From: Malacoraja senta
Lineage: Eukaryota
Reading direction: 5' to 3'
Assembly (NCBI GenBank): GCA_038087875.1
Contig: CM075979.1
Span: forward strand, 63,612,001 to 63,676,000
DNA length: 64,000 nucleotides
The notes below the pieces were generated by a model. That model was not told where the DNA came from and did no database searches. It was given only the letters and a program-made list of their open reading frames with translations. Of this stretch, positions 11,191 to 23,162 are shown piece by piece. The translations under genes were made by a program, and so were the position numbers. The stretch's first letter is position 1, and each line of letters starts with the position of its first letter.

Positions 11191-13121
11191 TAGTAATCTT
11201 TGTTGTTTTATCTACATTTAACATGTGCATACTTGTGTATGAGATGGTGGAACTACTTTTACATATATGTGAAAATTAATTAGAGAAGGAAGTATTTCCA
11301 AACCATTGGCCCAATATATCTCCAAGAATTATAGACCAAATAGCTTGAAATTAATTATAGGAAATATTAGAGTCCTTACTTAAAGCTGAGATGTGGCAGG
11401 CAGAAGTACAGAAATTGATAATATAAAGAACAGTAAGCATAGATTTCAAAAAGGAAGGCCATGCTTGGTTGATAAAGAAAAAATGGATGATTGAATAAAG
11501 TAGATGAAATACATTTGTATTTTCTGCAGCATTTGGTTAAAATACTGCATAACCGACTACAAAGTAGAGGATTATCAGACTAGTCAGCTGGTTACAAGAC
11601 TGATCAGTAATAAGTCGTTATAGCAAGCATGAGATTTCTCCTCGGATCTGCGGATTTTGAGGTTCGTTGGGGCATCGTTGAAGCCCCATCGTCGCGAGGC
11701 TTCACCGCTGTCAACGCCCCACTTCACGCCTCCGTGGTGCTGAGCGGCCGAGCCCCGTGGTGCCCAGCTGCGGGCGCCATCAGCCGCTTCGTCCGACCCG
11801 GGCTTCTACCCACGAGGCCCTGGCCGGGGTTCTACGCGGCGATCCAGGAGGCATCCAGACCGCGGCGGTGGGGCCCTGCCGAATTTCATAATCTGTGAAT
11901 CTGCGGAGAAATCTATCTCCCTCTTTTTTCAGTGTTTTCCTGTCTCGTGTCTGTTATAGGTAGCTACCCAGGCTGCTAAAAATAGGTAGGTGTTGATTCA
12001 GAATGATTTGCACTTGGGAATCAGAAGGACAATTTCTGTATCTAGATGTAATTCCATAGGATCAGGGCGTTAAAATAGTGGAAGCTTATGCTAAACAGAC
12101 GCTAGTGAACTTGTTGAAAGGGCAAATGAACTGCAATACAGAAACGTGTGGGAAGGCTACAAAAATGCCTTGATAGCTTGCAGAACAAGGAAATCTGAGT
12201 ACATCGGTGATTGTTACTGCGGGCTTTTTAAGGCATATGATGCACAGAACAACATTTTTTTTGAAATGTCCCCAGGAAAGGCAAGAAATTCAGTGTGTAA
12301 TTTTATCCGAAACTGCCATCATCAAGTGTAGTTGACATGTGAATCTTGTCATCAAGTAGAATGGTTGTGTTAATAAAAGTACTGTTAAATGAGGATTGAT
12401 AGATGATGGCTCATGTGAAATGTAATTTTTAGCTTTCTGAGTACAATTTAATTTTGCATCAGTTCATTAACAGTACAAGTTGACTGGTTTAATTTTCCCT
12501 AATGAATTTTATTCAGTAACAAGGTAATGCAGCTAGAGTCGTGTATTTAATCATTCAACCAAACATTTAAAATGTTAAAATTGAATGTCTGAATTCTCTT
12601 AAGTTGGGCACAGAAATTCAAAATATGTGATTTGATTTTGTTATATGGCCATTCCAAGTAAAATATTCATAAGTTTTAATGTAATTTAAAAATATATATA
12701 TTTGTAGCAGAGATTGCTAATTATTAAAATTATGGTAAGGTTGATATATTCATTCAACTTTACCATAATTTAAATAATTAGCAAACTCTGCTGTCACTCA
12801 ATATCTGAAACTTCTGGTTATTTGAAACGGAGATCAGGTTTCATTTCATGTAATGGAATATGGATTATATTTATCATTAAGAGTTGGCTTTCAGTACTTC
12901 GTTATTTTGCACAAGCAGATAAAACATTTTCTCTCATAGACAGACACCTACGAGTTCAGTAACTTTGTTGGCACTCTTTAATTGTTTAATCTTACTTTGA
13001 ATTCAATAGAAATAACTGAATTCTGTTAATTATGGCAGAGCATGAATGAGGTTACTGGGTATCTGGTTCGATGTGCATTAATAATTGGTTTAATTCAAGA
13101 ACAGAGAAATACAGGATTACA

Positions 13122-13955
13122 CATAGAAAATAGAACAGTACAGCACAGGAACGAGCCCTTTGGCCCACAATGTTTATACCAAACATGATGCCTAGTTAAA
13201 CTGATCTGATCTGTCTGTAGGTAGACATATATGCTGGAGAAACTCAGCGGGTGAGGTAGCATCTATGGAGCGAAGGAATAGGCAACGTTTCAGGTCGAGA
13301 CCCTTCTGTCTGTACGTGATCCAAGTCAAGAGTGTTTTATTGTCATATGTCCCTGATAGGACAATGAAATTCTTGCTTGCTGCAGCACAACAGAATATGT
13401 AAACATAGTACTTAACGGGAGAAAAAAAGTTCAATGTGTATATGTACACATGCACACATACTCAATAAATAAACAAGTATAGTGCAACAATAATAATAGT
13501 CTGTTGTAGGTCAGAGCTTATTTGTTGTCGTGTTTAATAGCCTGATGGCTGTAGGGAAGAGGCTGTTCCTGAACCTGGAAATTACAGTTTTCAGGCTCCA
13601 GTACCTTCTTCCCAATGGCAATGGTGAAATGAGTGTGTGGCCAGGATGGTGTGGGTCTTTGATGATGTTGGCTGCCTTTTTGAGGCAGCTACTTCGATAT
13701 CCCCCTCCCCATTTCCTGCATCTCCATGTGCCTATCCATAAACTTAAATACCACTATCGTATCTGCCTCCACCACCACCACCACCCCAGGCAATGCACAC
13801 CAGGACTCCATTACTCTGTGTAAAAATAAAATAGCCCTGGACATTCCATTAAACTTTTCTCCCTCTCATCTTATAGCTCTGCCCTCTTGTGGTGGACACT
13901 TCCACCCTGAGGAAAAAAGTTCTGACTGTTTACCATATCTATGCCTCTCATAATT
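13122..13955 (-). mobile_element. Nested cluster: CR1 3' end interrupted by a Penelope terminal repeat (13220-13305) and a Rex1 3' end (~13322-13697)
   Basis: CR1 tail tagaacagtacagcacagg; 9-bp TSD ctgtctgta; Rex1 tail caagagtgttttattgtcat. Confidence 0.75.
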
Positions 13956-14509
13956 TTGATCATATACATTTGATCTGAAATTGGCTATCGCTATCTGACT
14001 CTTGAAACAATCTACTGAATTTTGTGCACTGAGTGTCGGTTCCGATTTGGGATATTTTGTTCTGCTTTTCAAACAGTGGCTTATTTCTAGAATTTCCTGT
14101 AATTAGGTTGTTAAATTGTGTCAAATTACAAGTAAGAGTCTTGATTTGGTCCAAAGTTAATAAGCATGATTAATTTGGGTTTCTAAGCCATGTTACAAAA
14201 TTTGAAGAGTACTTGAAAATAATATCTAGCTGGGGTATAGTTCCAATTTAATACTCTGCAATGATAATTGAGATCCATCTTTCTTTGTGGATGTAAAATT
14301 GATTTTATTTCAATGTGAAACATTGAAGCCTTCTAATGAGTCCAAAAGATCTTGTCTAGGTTATAGTGTCCATTGCTCCATTAGTGGAAATGAATTATGC
14401 CAAAAAATTATTTCCACTGGAATGTTGCACATGTTGGCTGTTAGCAGGTGTGCTTTTTATACACTACAGCTTTCCTGCTCTGGTGATTAGGTGGGGGATT
14501 TGTGTGTCT

Positions 14510-15162
14510 AGTCTGACGATGTAGGCGAGGTATGAAACAAAGTCGAGTTAAGGACAGTCAGCATGGGTTTGTATACGGCAGGTCAAGTCGGACTATTTTG
14601 ATTGTGTTTTTTTGAGAAAGTGGCGAAGGTGATCAATGAGGGTACAGCAGTTTATTTTGTTAATTTAAGGTATTTGATAAAGTCCTTCATGGTACGCTGA
14701 TCCAAAAGATTAAGATGCACGGGAGTCACAGTGACTTAGTCGTATGAATATCAGAACTGGGTTACTGGTAGAAGGCAGAGGGTTGTGGGAGGTAGGGCGT
14801 TATTCAGGCTGGTGGTATGTGACGAAGTTTCCCAGCGATCTGTACTGGGGTTGAGAGGGAAAGATAGATCAACCATGATTGAATAGCAGAGTAGGCTTGA
14901 TGGACCGAATGGCCTAATTCTGCTCTACTTATGAACACTGTTGTTTGTGATAGATATAAATGACTTGGACGTAAATGTAGATCACTTGATTAGTACGTTA
15001 CGATAGTGGCATTACAGAGTCGTTTAGATGGGCACATAGATATGCAGGGAATAGAGGAATATGGATCATGTGCAGGCAGGTGAGATTAGTATATCTTGGC
15101 ATTATGTTCGGCACAGAAATTATGTGCTAAAAGGCCTGTCCTTGTGCTGTACCATATTCTGT
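14510..15162 (+). mobile_element. CR1 LINE RT and 3' end fragments
   Basis: cagtcagcatgggtttg..., tttgataaagtccttcatggta..., ataaatgacttgga; two CR1-type 3' tails. Confidence 0.7.
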
Positions 15163-15658
15163 GTACATAATTGTCGAAACCATGACTATGCAGCATACTT
15201 TTAGTAGTTCCTGTTAGAAGGAATTTCTTGAATTCTTGTTGCTTCATTTCTAGGCCTCTAGAAATGGAAGAACATGTTCTTGCATCCTAGGCCTCTAGGA
15301 TGCAAGAACATTTTAATGATTTATCTTAAATGCATCTGTTAACATAATAAAGTTAGATTCCTAATGTAACCAGGAAAATAATAAATATCTGCAGTGATGC
15401 ACAATTAAACAGTTGTATTTCTAGATGATGATTCTTCTGTACGTTTTAAAAGGAAAGCTTCCAGAACGTCAAAAGCAAGTTTTTTAAGCACCTGAGCATG
15501 ACTTGGTGAAGTATTCTTTTGTACACTTTAAACAACTCATAAGTTTGTGACTTACCATTTATAAGCATTTGCACTGTGTTTAGAGTTTAATTAAATTCTA
15601 ATTAGAAACTCACTTTGCTAAGTATAATTAAAAATGCCTCGTGTCTTGACTTCCATAG

Positions 15659-15728
15659 TTTTGGCAAGACAATATTGAAGACAATGAAATACGGGAGCTC
15701 ATTATTTTTAGGAACAATGGATCGCAAG
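15659..15728 (+). CDS. ARID2: ARID2 exon 7 equivalent
   Basis: catag| ... CAAG|gttagt, 70 bp; FWQDNIEDNEIRELIIFRNNGSQ (human FWKDIVDDNEVRDLI); not in ORF track. Confidence 0.92.
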
Positions 15729-15994
15729 GTTAGTGAAACCATTTTTATCGGCTCGATAGCTGAAGCAAAAGCTTGTGTACACAATTGAGGTTATTTTTGT
15801 AGTTATTTTAACTATATTCTTACGGATGTGTGATAAGAAAATGAGCAAGCCGATTACCTTTGAGATCAGCGACTATTCCCAATAAAGACTGAAGGATTAT
15901 CAAGATATTGTGTTGGTTTCCATGCAAATTTAGATTTTTGCGAATGTAGATTTTTACATTAATATTTTATGAAATTGATTTTTTTGCAATTTAG

Positions 15995-16245
15995 GTACAG
16001 ATATAGAAATGGATGTCCAGATGTCTTTATTCCACTCCTCTCATAAACTTGGCATTAATGATGTTGAGGGACAACGGGTGGTTCAGATTGCAGTAATCCT
16101 TCGCAATTTGTCGTTTGAAGAAGGAAATATGAAGTTATTGGCAGCTCATCGCACATGCATCCGCTTTCTGCTGTTATGTTCCCATTGTCAGTATGCTTCT
16201 CTCAAGCAACTGGGGCTTGATACTTTGGGTAATGTTGCAGCTGAG
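15995..16245 (+). CDS. ARID2: ARID2 exon 8 equivalent
   Basis: ttag| ... GAG|gtatga, 251 bp; [44 protein letters not shown]...[12 protein letters not shown]. Confidence 0.96.
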
Positions 16246-16929
16246 GTATGAACTTATTCATACTACTGTATTTAAGTTATTAAAGTTGTGTGTACTCAAT
16301 GCTCATAGCAAGTATGATTTTAAAATTAGAAGATACAAAAAACATTTTTGGATAAAAATGGATGCCTAATAAGACACATTTGTACATTTTCTTGCTTTAA
16401 AATAATTGGCACATCATATGGCCAACCTTTTGAAAGCTGGAGGCAGACCAAAGGTAATTAAAAAAAAAGAAGAATAGTAGGTTTCTACTTAAGTACGTGG
16501 CCTAGGCTTCTCTAAAGATTTTCTTCAAATCTTCAATAATTGAATATCTTGGATCCTGCCCATATCAAATAAGAATGTTTTCCTTATCAGCTGATGGCTT
16601 TGCTTTATCCTTTAGTAACTTGCATAAAATTAATTTGACTCCTGGTGTTTTATAACTTGGGTTTGCACACTTGCTAACCCGTGAAAACCTTTCGACATTT
16701 GCTTCTCAGGAATCTTTCTATCTCTGCTTTAAAAATAATTTAACGTTGTTTTCATTACACTTTGAGGAAGAGTATTACAAAGGCTTTCAACTTACTGAGG
16801 AAAAAATAAACACATCTCTGTCTCAAATGGTGCTTTCATATTTGCAACCGTGAGCCCCAATTCTAGATTCTCCCATAACATGGAACAATTTCTCCACATC
16901 TCTCTGTAAAGATCTCTCAGGACACATAC

Positions 16930-17390
16930 ACAGATCAGAGATACTGCCTGTCCCGCTGAATTACTCCAGCCTTTTGAATCTATCTTCAGTTTAAACCAGC
17001 ATCTGCAGTTCCTTCCAACACAGAACATAGAATTGTGCAACACAGAAACAGGCCCTTTGACGATTATGTCTGCCAACCATGATGCCAAATTAAACTAATT
17101 TCTTCTGCCTGTATGTGATCCATATTCTTCCAATACCTTCATATTCATGTGCCTAGCTTAACGCATCTTAAAACACCAATATCTTATCAGCTTCCATCAC
17201 CAACCTACTACTGTGTCTCTAAAAAAACATGTTGTCCTGCACCCTTGTTATGCTTTCTCCCTCAGACTTTAAAGCCATGTCACACAGTATTTGACATTTC
17301 CACCCTCATAAAAAGATTGACTGTCTATCCGATCTATGCTGTTCAAAATTTTATAAACTTCTATGGGATCTTCCCCTCATGTCTAGAGAA
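16930..17390. mobile_element. Penelope terminal repeat (+) followed by CR1 3' fragment (-)
   Basis: ttactccagc...ccagcatctgcagttcc; acatagaattgtgcaacacagaaacaggccc. Confidence 0.65.
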
Positions 17391-18061
17391 GACAAAGTTT
17401 GGCTGGGAAGTAGGTTTCAATCAAGTTGTGCCTTAACTCCAGTGCATATGTGTTGATTGTGTCTGACCTTTCCTAATAAGTCAGTTCCTCAGATAAAACT
17501 TCTCTGCATTTTTTCCCAGTACCTTTATCTTAAAAATTAAACCAGAGATGCATACAGTGGTCCAGCTGTAGTCTCAAGAATATAATTAAAGCATCATCTC
17601 TCTACTTTTGCATTTAATTAACCTGACAATGGATTTTGTTTTGTTAGCTTTTCTAAATTCTTGATGTACTGGCTTAACATGCAAATTGTGCACTGGTGCT
17701 TTTGTTTAGAGAAACTGCTTTTATTCTATTTTTTGTTGCTGAACTGGACAATTTCACATTTTCCATATTGTATTCTATTTGTCAGATCTTTGCCCACTCA
17801 CTCACTCCACCTGTATTTCTTTGTTGCCTCTTGTACGCAACATGCGACTGTGCAGTCATTATCCGCCAAATGCCGTTTTGACTAGAAATCAGGTGAACAG
17901 AGAATAAATATAAAGCTGCCTATATTCATAGATATATTCTCCTTGCTATCAGGTACATTTATTTGGATTAAAATATGCCTGACAGCTATGGGCTTCTATC
18001 ATAAACTACTTGTATAGTGGTTTTAATATGAACAAATTCCAAGCATGTGAATGTTCTTGGT

Positions 18062-18760
18062 ATAGATTTATTATTGTCATGTGTGCCGAGATAACAATGA
18101 AAAACTTTGATCTGTGTGCTATCCAGGAAAATCATACCATGCATAATAACAATCAAACCTTACATGAGTGCAACAGGTAGTGCAAAAAGAATAAGGAAGC
18201 TGAGTTAGTTGCTATATAGTTTAGGTAGTTAAAAATACATCCTTGGCTTATGAGAGGTCCATTCAAGAGTTTGATAACAGCAGGGAAGAAACTATTCTTG
18301 AATCTGGTGGTACATGCTTTCAAGCTTTTATATCTTCTGCCCAACAAGAGTGGGGAGAAGAAGGAGACCAGAACATGAGTGTTCCATGATTATGCTGGCT
18401 GTTTTCAGAGGAAGCGTGAAGCGTAGAGAGATACAATGTGTGTTCATGGGTGGGGTGCAGTGGGAGGTGGTGGGAGGGAGAAGGCGAGTCTGGTTCATGT
18501 GATGTACCAGGCTGTGCCCACAACTCTGCATTTTCTTGCAGTCACAGGCAAAAGTTGTGATGTATCCTGATAAGCTGTTTTGTTGTTGTTGCAGTGCTTA
18601 TGTAGAAATGGATAAGTCTTTAGAGACGTGCTGAATTTCCTTAGTCTTCTGAGGAAGTAGAAACGTTGGTGTGCTTTCTTGGGCATAGTGTCAATATGAT
18701 TGGACCCGGACAAATTATTGGTGATATTTATGTCTTGGAACTTGAAACTCTTCACCATCT
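18062..18760 (-). mobile_element. Rex1/Babar 3' fragment
   Basis: KKAHQRFYFLRRLRKF and GRRYKSLKACTTRFKNSFFPAVIKLLN on - strand. Confidence 0.8.
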
Positions 18761-20069
18761 GTTCTTATCTTCTACCATTTTTTATAAGAGATGCGTATGT
18801 ATCTTGCGATCTTGATTACGTCTGTTTTGACCATGTGGCGTGAATAGAAACTGGGAGCACTTTAGGAATGGGGTTGGTGGTAATTGGCAGTCCTTTGGGG
18901 AAATAGCATATGATGTTAAGGCTTATAATTAAAAAAATATGGTAATTGGAGTTGTGCCTCTGTCAAGGACAGAGCGCAAGAGCGTGAGCTGTTATGGTGG
19001 CAAGAACAACTGATTATATCAGCTTTGAAAATGAAGAGTAGTAGTACACAACAGGAATAGTTTCCGGTGTCACCCAGCAGAAAGCAAACAGCAAAATATG
19101 AGTTTTGAGGAAAGATTTGACTTAGATTAAAAAGCGAAGATATTGGAACCAAAGGCCTGCTGAACAGGTGGTTTTCAGTGTGGTTTTCCGTCCCAAGATT
19201 TATTTTTGTTTATTGTTCGTAAAATAGGATTAAGTAAAATGAGCCAGGCAATAGTGTTGCGCTCTAAAGGTTTTTGACTATTCCCACAAATCGTGCTGTT
19301 AAACTAGAAACTCGAATTTAAGGGAGAAAGCCACGATTTAAATGAGTGATTACCAGGGGAGATAAAGAGCCTTTCAGTAAAATTCTAATATATTAGGATC
19401 CTAAAGCATGCAGCCGAGGATGTCTGCCTCCACTGTAGCAGGACATAGCCTTCTAGCAATAATGTCCATGGTCTCGTTTTATTGTAGAATCATATATTGT
19501 GATATAAAATTTTTTGTAATCTAATGGTTTACATTATGCGATTGCGGGACGTGTAATATCGGCTGTTAAAAACATACTTAATTATTTGGCTTTTAAATGT
19601 TTTTGCCTGGAAAATTGGTGTGAACATGAGTGATAGCACAGTGAAAAAATGTGGCAGAAAATTGGGGAGGGTAAGGAAAGCTGTAGATGCTAAAAATCTG
19701 AAATAAATACAAAATGCCATAAACACTCGGCAGATCACCAGTCTGACCTGCTGAGAGAAAAAGGACATCTGGCATGTGTGAAGTTGGCAAGTGCATGGTT
19801 AGTATTGTAAGTAATTAAAGCAATTTGAAAAAGTGTTCTAATTGAGAAGCAAAAGTAAATTAGAGTGGGTGAATTTAGTGAGACGTTGGTTCAAAAGAAT
19901 AAATGAAGGAAAAAAGATAATTTTGTTCATGTGTAATGAAAGGCTTTGAACAAATGAGACTGCTTAAGATACTGACCATTTGCTTGTTAAGTGAAACGCT
20001 ACTTTTATTGGTGAGGGTTTGAATAGATCATGTGATTAATGGGTCTTTGCGTGAGTTCATACATCCAAC

Positions 20070-20626
20070 ATATGGTAGAGCTGCTGTTTGCAGTGCCAGA
20101 GACCCGGGTTCGTTCCTGACCTCTGTGCTGTTTGGGTGGTGATTGCATGTTCACCCTGTGGCTGTGTGGATTTCCTCCCGGTGCTCCCAGAGATTGCAAT
20201 TTGTAAGCTAATCGGACTCTGTAAATAGCCCATAGAATATCAAAAGTGGGATAACAGATCTTGTGTGAACGGGTGGTCAATCGTGGGACTGTAGATTGCA
20301 TACTAATATTACTGCATGTTAATATTAATATTCTGTGCGGCACGGTGGAGTTGCTGCCTTACAGCACCAGAGACCCGGGTTTGATCCTGACTACGGGTGC
20401 TGTCCGTACAGAGTTAGTTTGTACGTTCTCCCCGTGACGCATCGATTTTCTCCGAGATCTCCGGTTTCCTCTCACACTCCAAAGACGTACAGGTTTGTAG
20501 GTTAATTGGCTTGGTATAATTGTAAATTGTCCCTAGTGTGTGTAGAATAGTGTAAGTGTAGGGATCACTAGTCGGCGCAGACTCGGTGGGCCAAATGGCC
20601 TGTTTCCACGTTGTATCTCTAAAATT
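20070..20626 (+). mobile_element. Two tandem HE1-type V-SINE copies (~20070-20295 and ~20334-20626)
   Basis: ccagagacccgggtt(c/t)g.tcctgac heads; ggtttcctctcacactccaaagac; tail gtatctctaaa. Confidence 0.8.
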
Positions 20627-20661
20627 AACAGTAATTTGATTTTTTTGTTTTTCTCCGACAG

Positions 20662-20758
20662 CTTCAGTTGGATCCTATTGATTTTAAAAGTACACATCTA
20701 ATTTTTCATACAGTGACAAAATGTCTCTCTTCCTGTGACAAGTGTTTGAAGATAAGAG
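20662..20758 (+). CDS. ARID2: ARID2 exon 9 equivalent
   Basis: acag| ... AGAG|gtaagc, 97 bp; [32 protein letters not shown]. Confidence 0.95.
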
Positions 20759-20839
20759 GTAAGCAACTTAAATAGTAATTCCGTAATTTTTTTTGCGTTT
20801 GTACATTCCCCTGAAACCTTTTTTTTGTATAATTCTCAG

Positions 20840-21049
20840 GTATGGAAATACTAGGAAACCTGTGTAGAGCTGAAGATAATGCAGACTTGATATGTGAATA
20901 TGTGGATCAGGAGTCATACAAGGAGATAATATGCCATTTAACTTTACCCGATATGCTGTTGGTAATCTCTGCATTGGAAGTGCTATACATGCTCACTGAA
21001 CTTGGAGAAGTACCCTGTGCAAAGATAGTTAGTGTGGAAAAAAGTGTGG
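20840..21049 (+). CDS. ARID2: ARID2 exon 10 equivalent
   Basis: tcag| ... GTGG|gtaagt, 210 bp; [55 protein letters not shown]. Confidence 0.96.
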
Positions 21050-21319
21050 GTAAGTTTAAAGTAATGCATTGGGTAAAAATGGGAATTTTATTATTTAAAC
21101 ATTTTTGGAACGATCTTTCACAGTCTTAGATTACTATACTCTTAGATTGGGGTATAGCAAAGTCAAATGCTGCATGTTTTTTTTTTTAATCGAGTTAATA
21201 TATGTTATGTTTATGTGGCACCACCTCATCTTTGGCAACAAAACAGCTATTTAGCTCATCAAATGTGTTTTGACTCTCATATCTATTCTCCTCCCACTTA
21301 TAAACCTATTTAAATAAGC

Positions 21320-21485
21320 AATTAGTGTATCAGTTAGCATTTCTTGGGGTGTGGGAGAATCTGGAGCATCTGAGGGAAACTGGCACGGTCACGGAAATCA
21401 TGCAAATTCCAGATGGACAGTAGCAGAGGCTGAAACTGGGTTGCTAGAGCTGTGAGGCACCTACACAATCTGCTGCTCCACTGTG
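21320..21485 (-). mobile_element. Diverged V-SINE remnant
   Basis: gtgggagaatctggagcatctgagggaaac...atgcaaattcca. Confidence 0.55.
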
Positions 21486-22869
21486 ATGTTCATCTCTCTG
21501 GGAAAAACAGCTGACATGGCATCATATTATTGAATGATGATTATAACATCCCATGCGTATGCAAATTGGATGATGATTTTGTGGAACAAAACCAAAAAAT
21601 ATTGAAAAGACAGCAGTGACAGAGAGAGGAAGTCAGTGTTTTGGATCCATTCAACAGGACTGGGAAAGTGATCAACTGCTGAAAAGGGGAGAAGTAGAGA
21701 GAACTGAGGCAATGTTTGTGATTGGGTGCAGATGAACATTTTTACGGTAACAATTGCATTTTAAACCTGACTGTTGGTGATAGAAAAGAAAAATAAACAT
21801 TTGGGAGTTTGTCCTATAGAGGACAACAAAACAGAGTGCTTGGTTGAAATTTGAAATTTAATTTGACGTATTCAGATAGAAGGTGAGATGCTGTTCTTCC
21901 GTGCTTATGTTGAGCACTGCGGAACAATGTAGGGAGTAGAGGTAAGAGTGATGTGGAGAATCAATGTGACAGATGCCTGGAAGCTTTGCAAAATAAAATG
22001 GTCAATTACGAAACAATATTTGGAGACAGAAAAGAAACAATTGGAAATCATATCAGTCTACAGATTTTGAAGTAATTGTTACTTTGACAATTTTGGACTG
22101 GAAAGCTTCCTGTCAGCTGTTACCTTAATCACTTTGACAGCTTATGTTGCACCAGTGATGTTCAGTATCAGGTGGAAGATCAGCACCTCATCTTATATCT
22201 GGGTACATTAAAGCCCTTGAGATTTAATCTTGATTTATATTTATATAATTCTAGCAACCTCTGTCCACAAATATTTTATTGTTGAACAGTTTGTTTCTGT
22301 TATCTCCAGCTGCCCTTTTTTTAGTAAGATGGTCATCTTGACACTATTCAGTCATCACAGACTTCCCACTTCTTTCCATCCCTTTCCTTTCTCCAACCTA
22401 ACAGAAAGACAGAAAATTGGGAGCAAGCTCAGGCTGTTTGGCCCTTTTGAGCCTGCTTCGTCATTCAGTATGAGTACGGCTGATGCTCTTTCTAATTGAC
22501 GTATTTTTGCTCTCCATACTCCTTAATGGATTTTGTGTCTAGCTATCTCCTTAAATATATTTATCCACTTGGTCCTCAAAGACCTCAGTGGTAGAGTATT
22601 TCACACATTCCTGAGCCTCTGAGTGAATACATTTCTTGTCTGTCCTAAATTTCTTAGCCATGCCCTCGCATTGTAACCTCTTGTTCTCAACTCCCCATCA
22701 CAATCGAGGGAAACATCCTCTTATTCTGTTTCTCTAACCCTGTTAGAATTGTGTGTGTTTCAATCCAGGCCTGGTCAGCCGACTATCTTCATAAAACCGT
22801 CGCATCATCTAAGGAATTGACGATTTCTCACTTTTCAGCTCTGATGAAGGGATTTTGACCTTGAAAGTC

Positions 22870-23162
22870 TTAGTTTAGTTTAGAGATACAGCGCGGAAAC
22901 AGGCCCTTTGGCCCACCGAGTCTGCACCAACCAGCGATCCCGCACATTAACACCACCCTCCACGCACTAGGAACAATTTTACATTTATTCATTTTTACCA
23001 AAGCTAATTCATCGTCTTTGGAGTGTGGGAGGAAACCGAAGATCTCGGAGAAACCCACGCAGGTCACGGGCAGAATGCACAAAACTCCGTACAGACAAGC
23101 ACCTGTAGTCAGGATCAAACTGTAAGGCAGTAGCTCTATCGCTACGGCACCGTGCCGTGCCA
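22870..23162 (-). mobile_element. HE1-type V-SINE inserted into a Penelope terminal repeat
   Basis: (TTTAG)n tail, ggagtgtgggaggaaaccg; flanks are hammerhead-like core upstream and repeat remainder downstream. Confidence 0.8.

Noticed and set aside
11629-11898. 89-aa ORF in the GC-rich segment
   Set aside because: Expected by chance in GC-rich DNA; no recognisable domain
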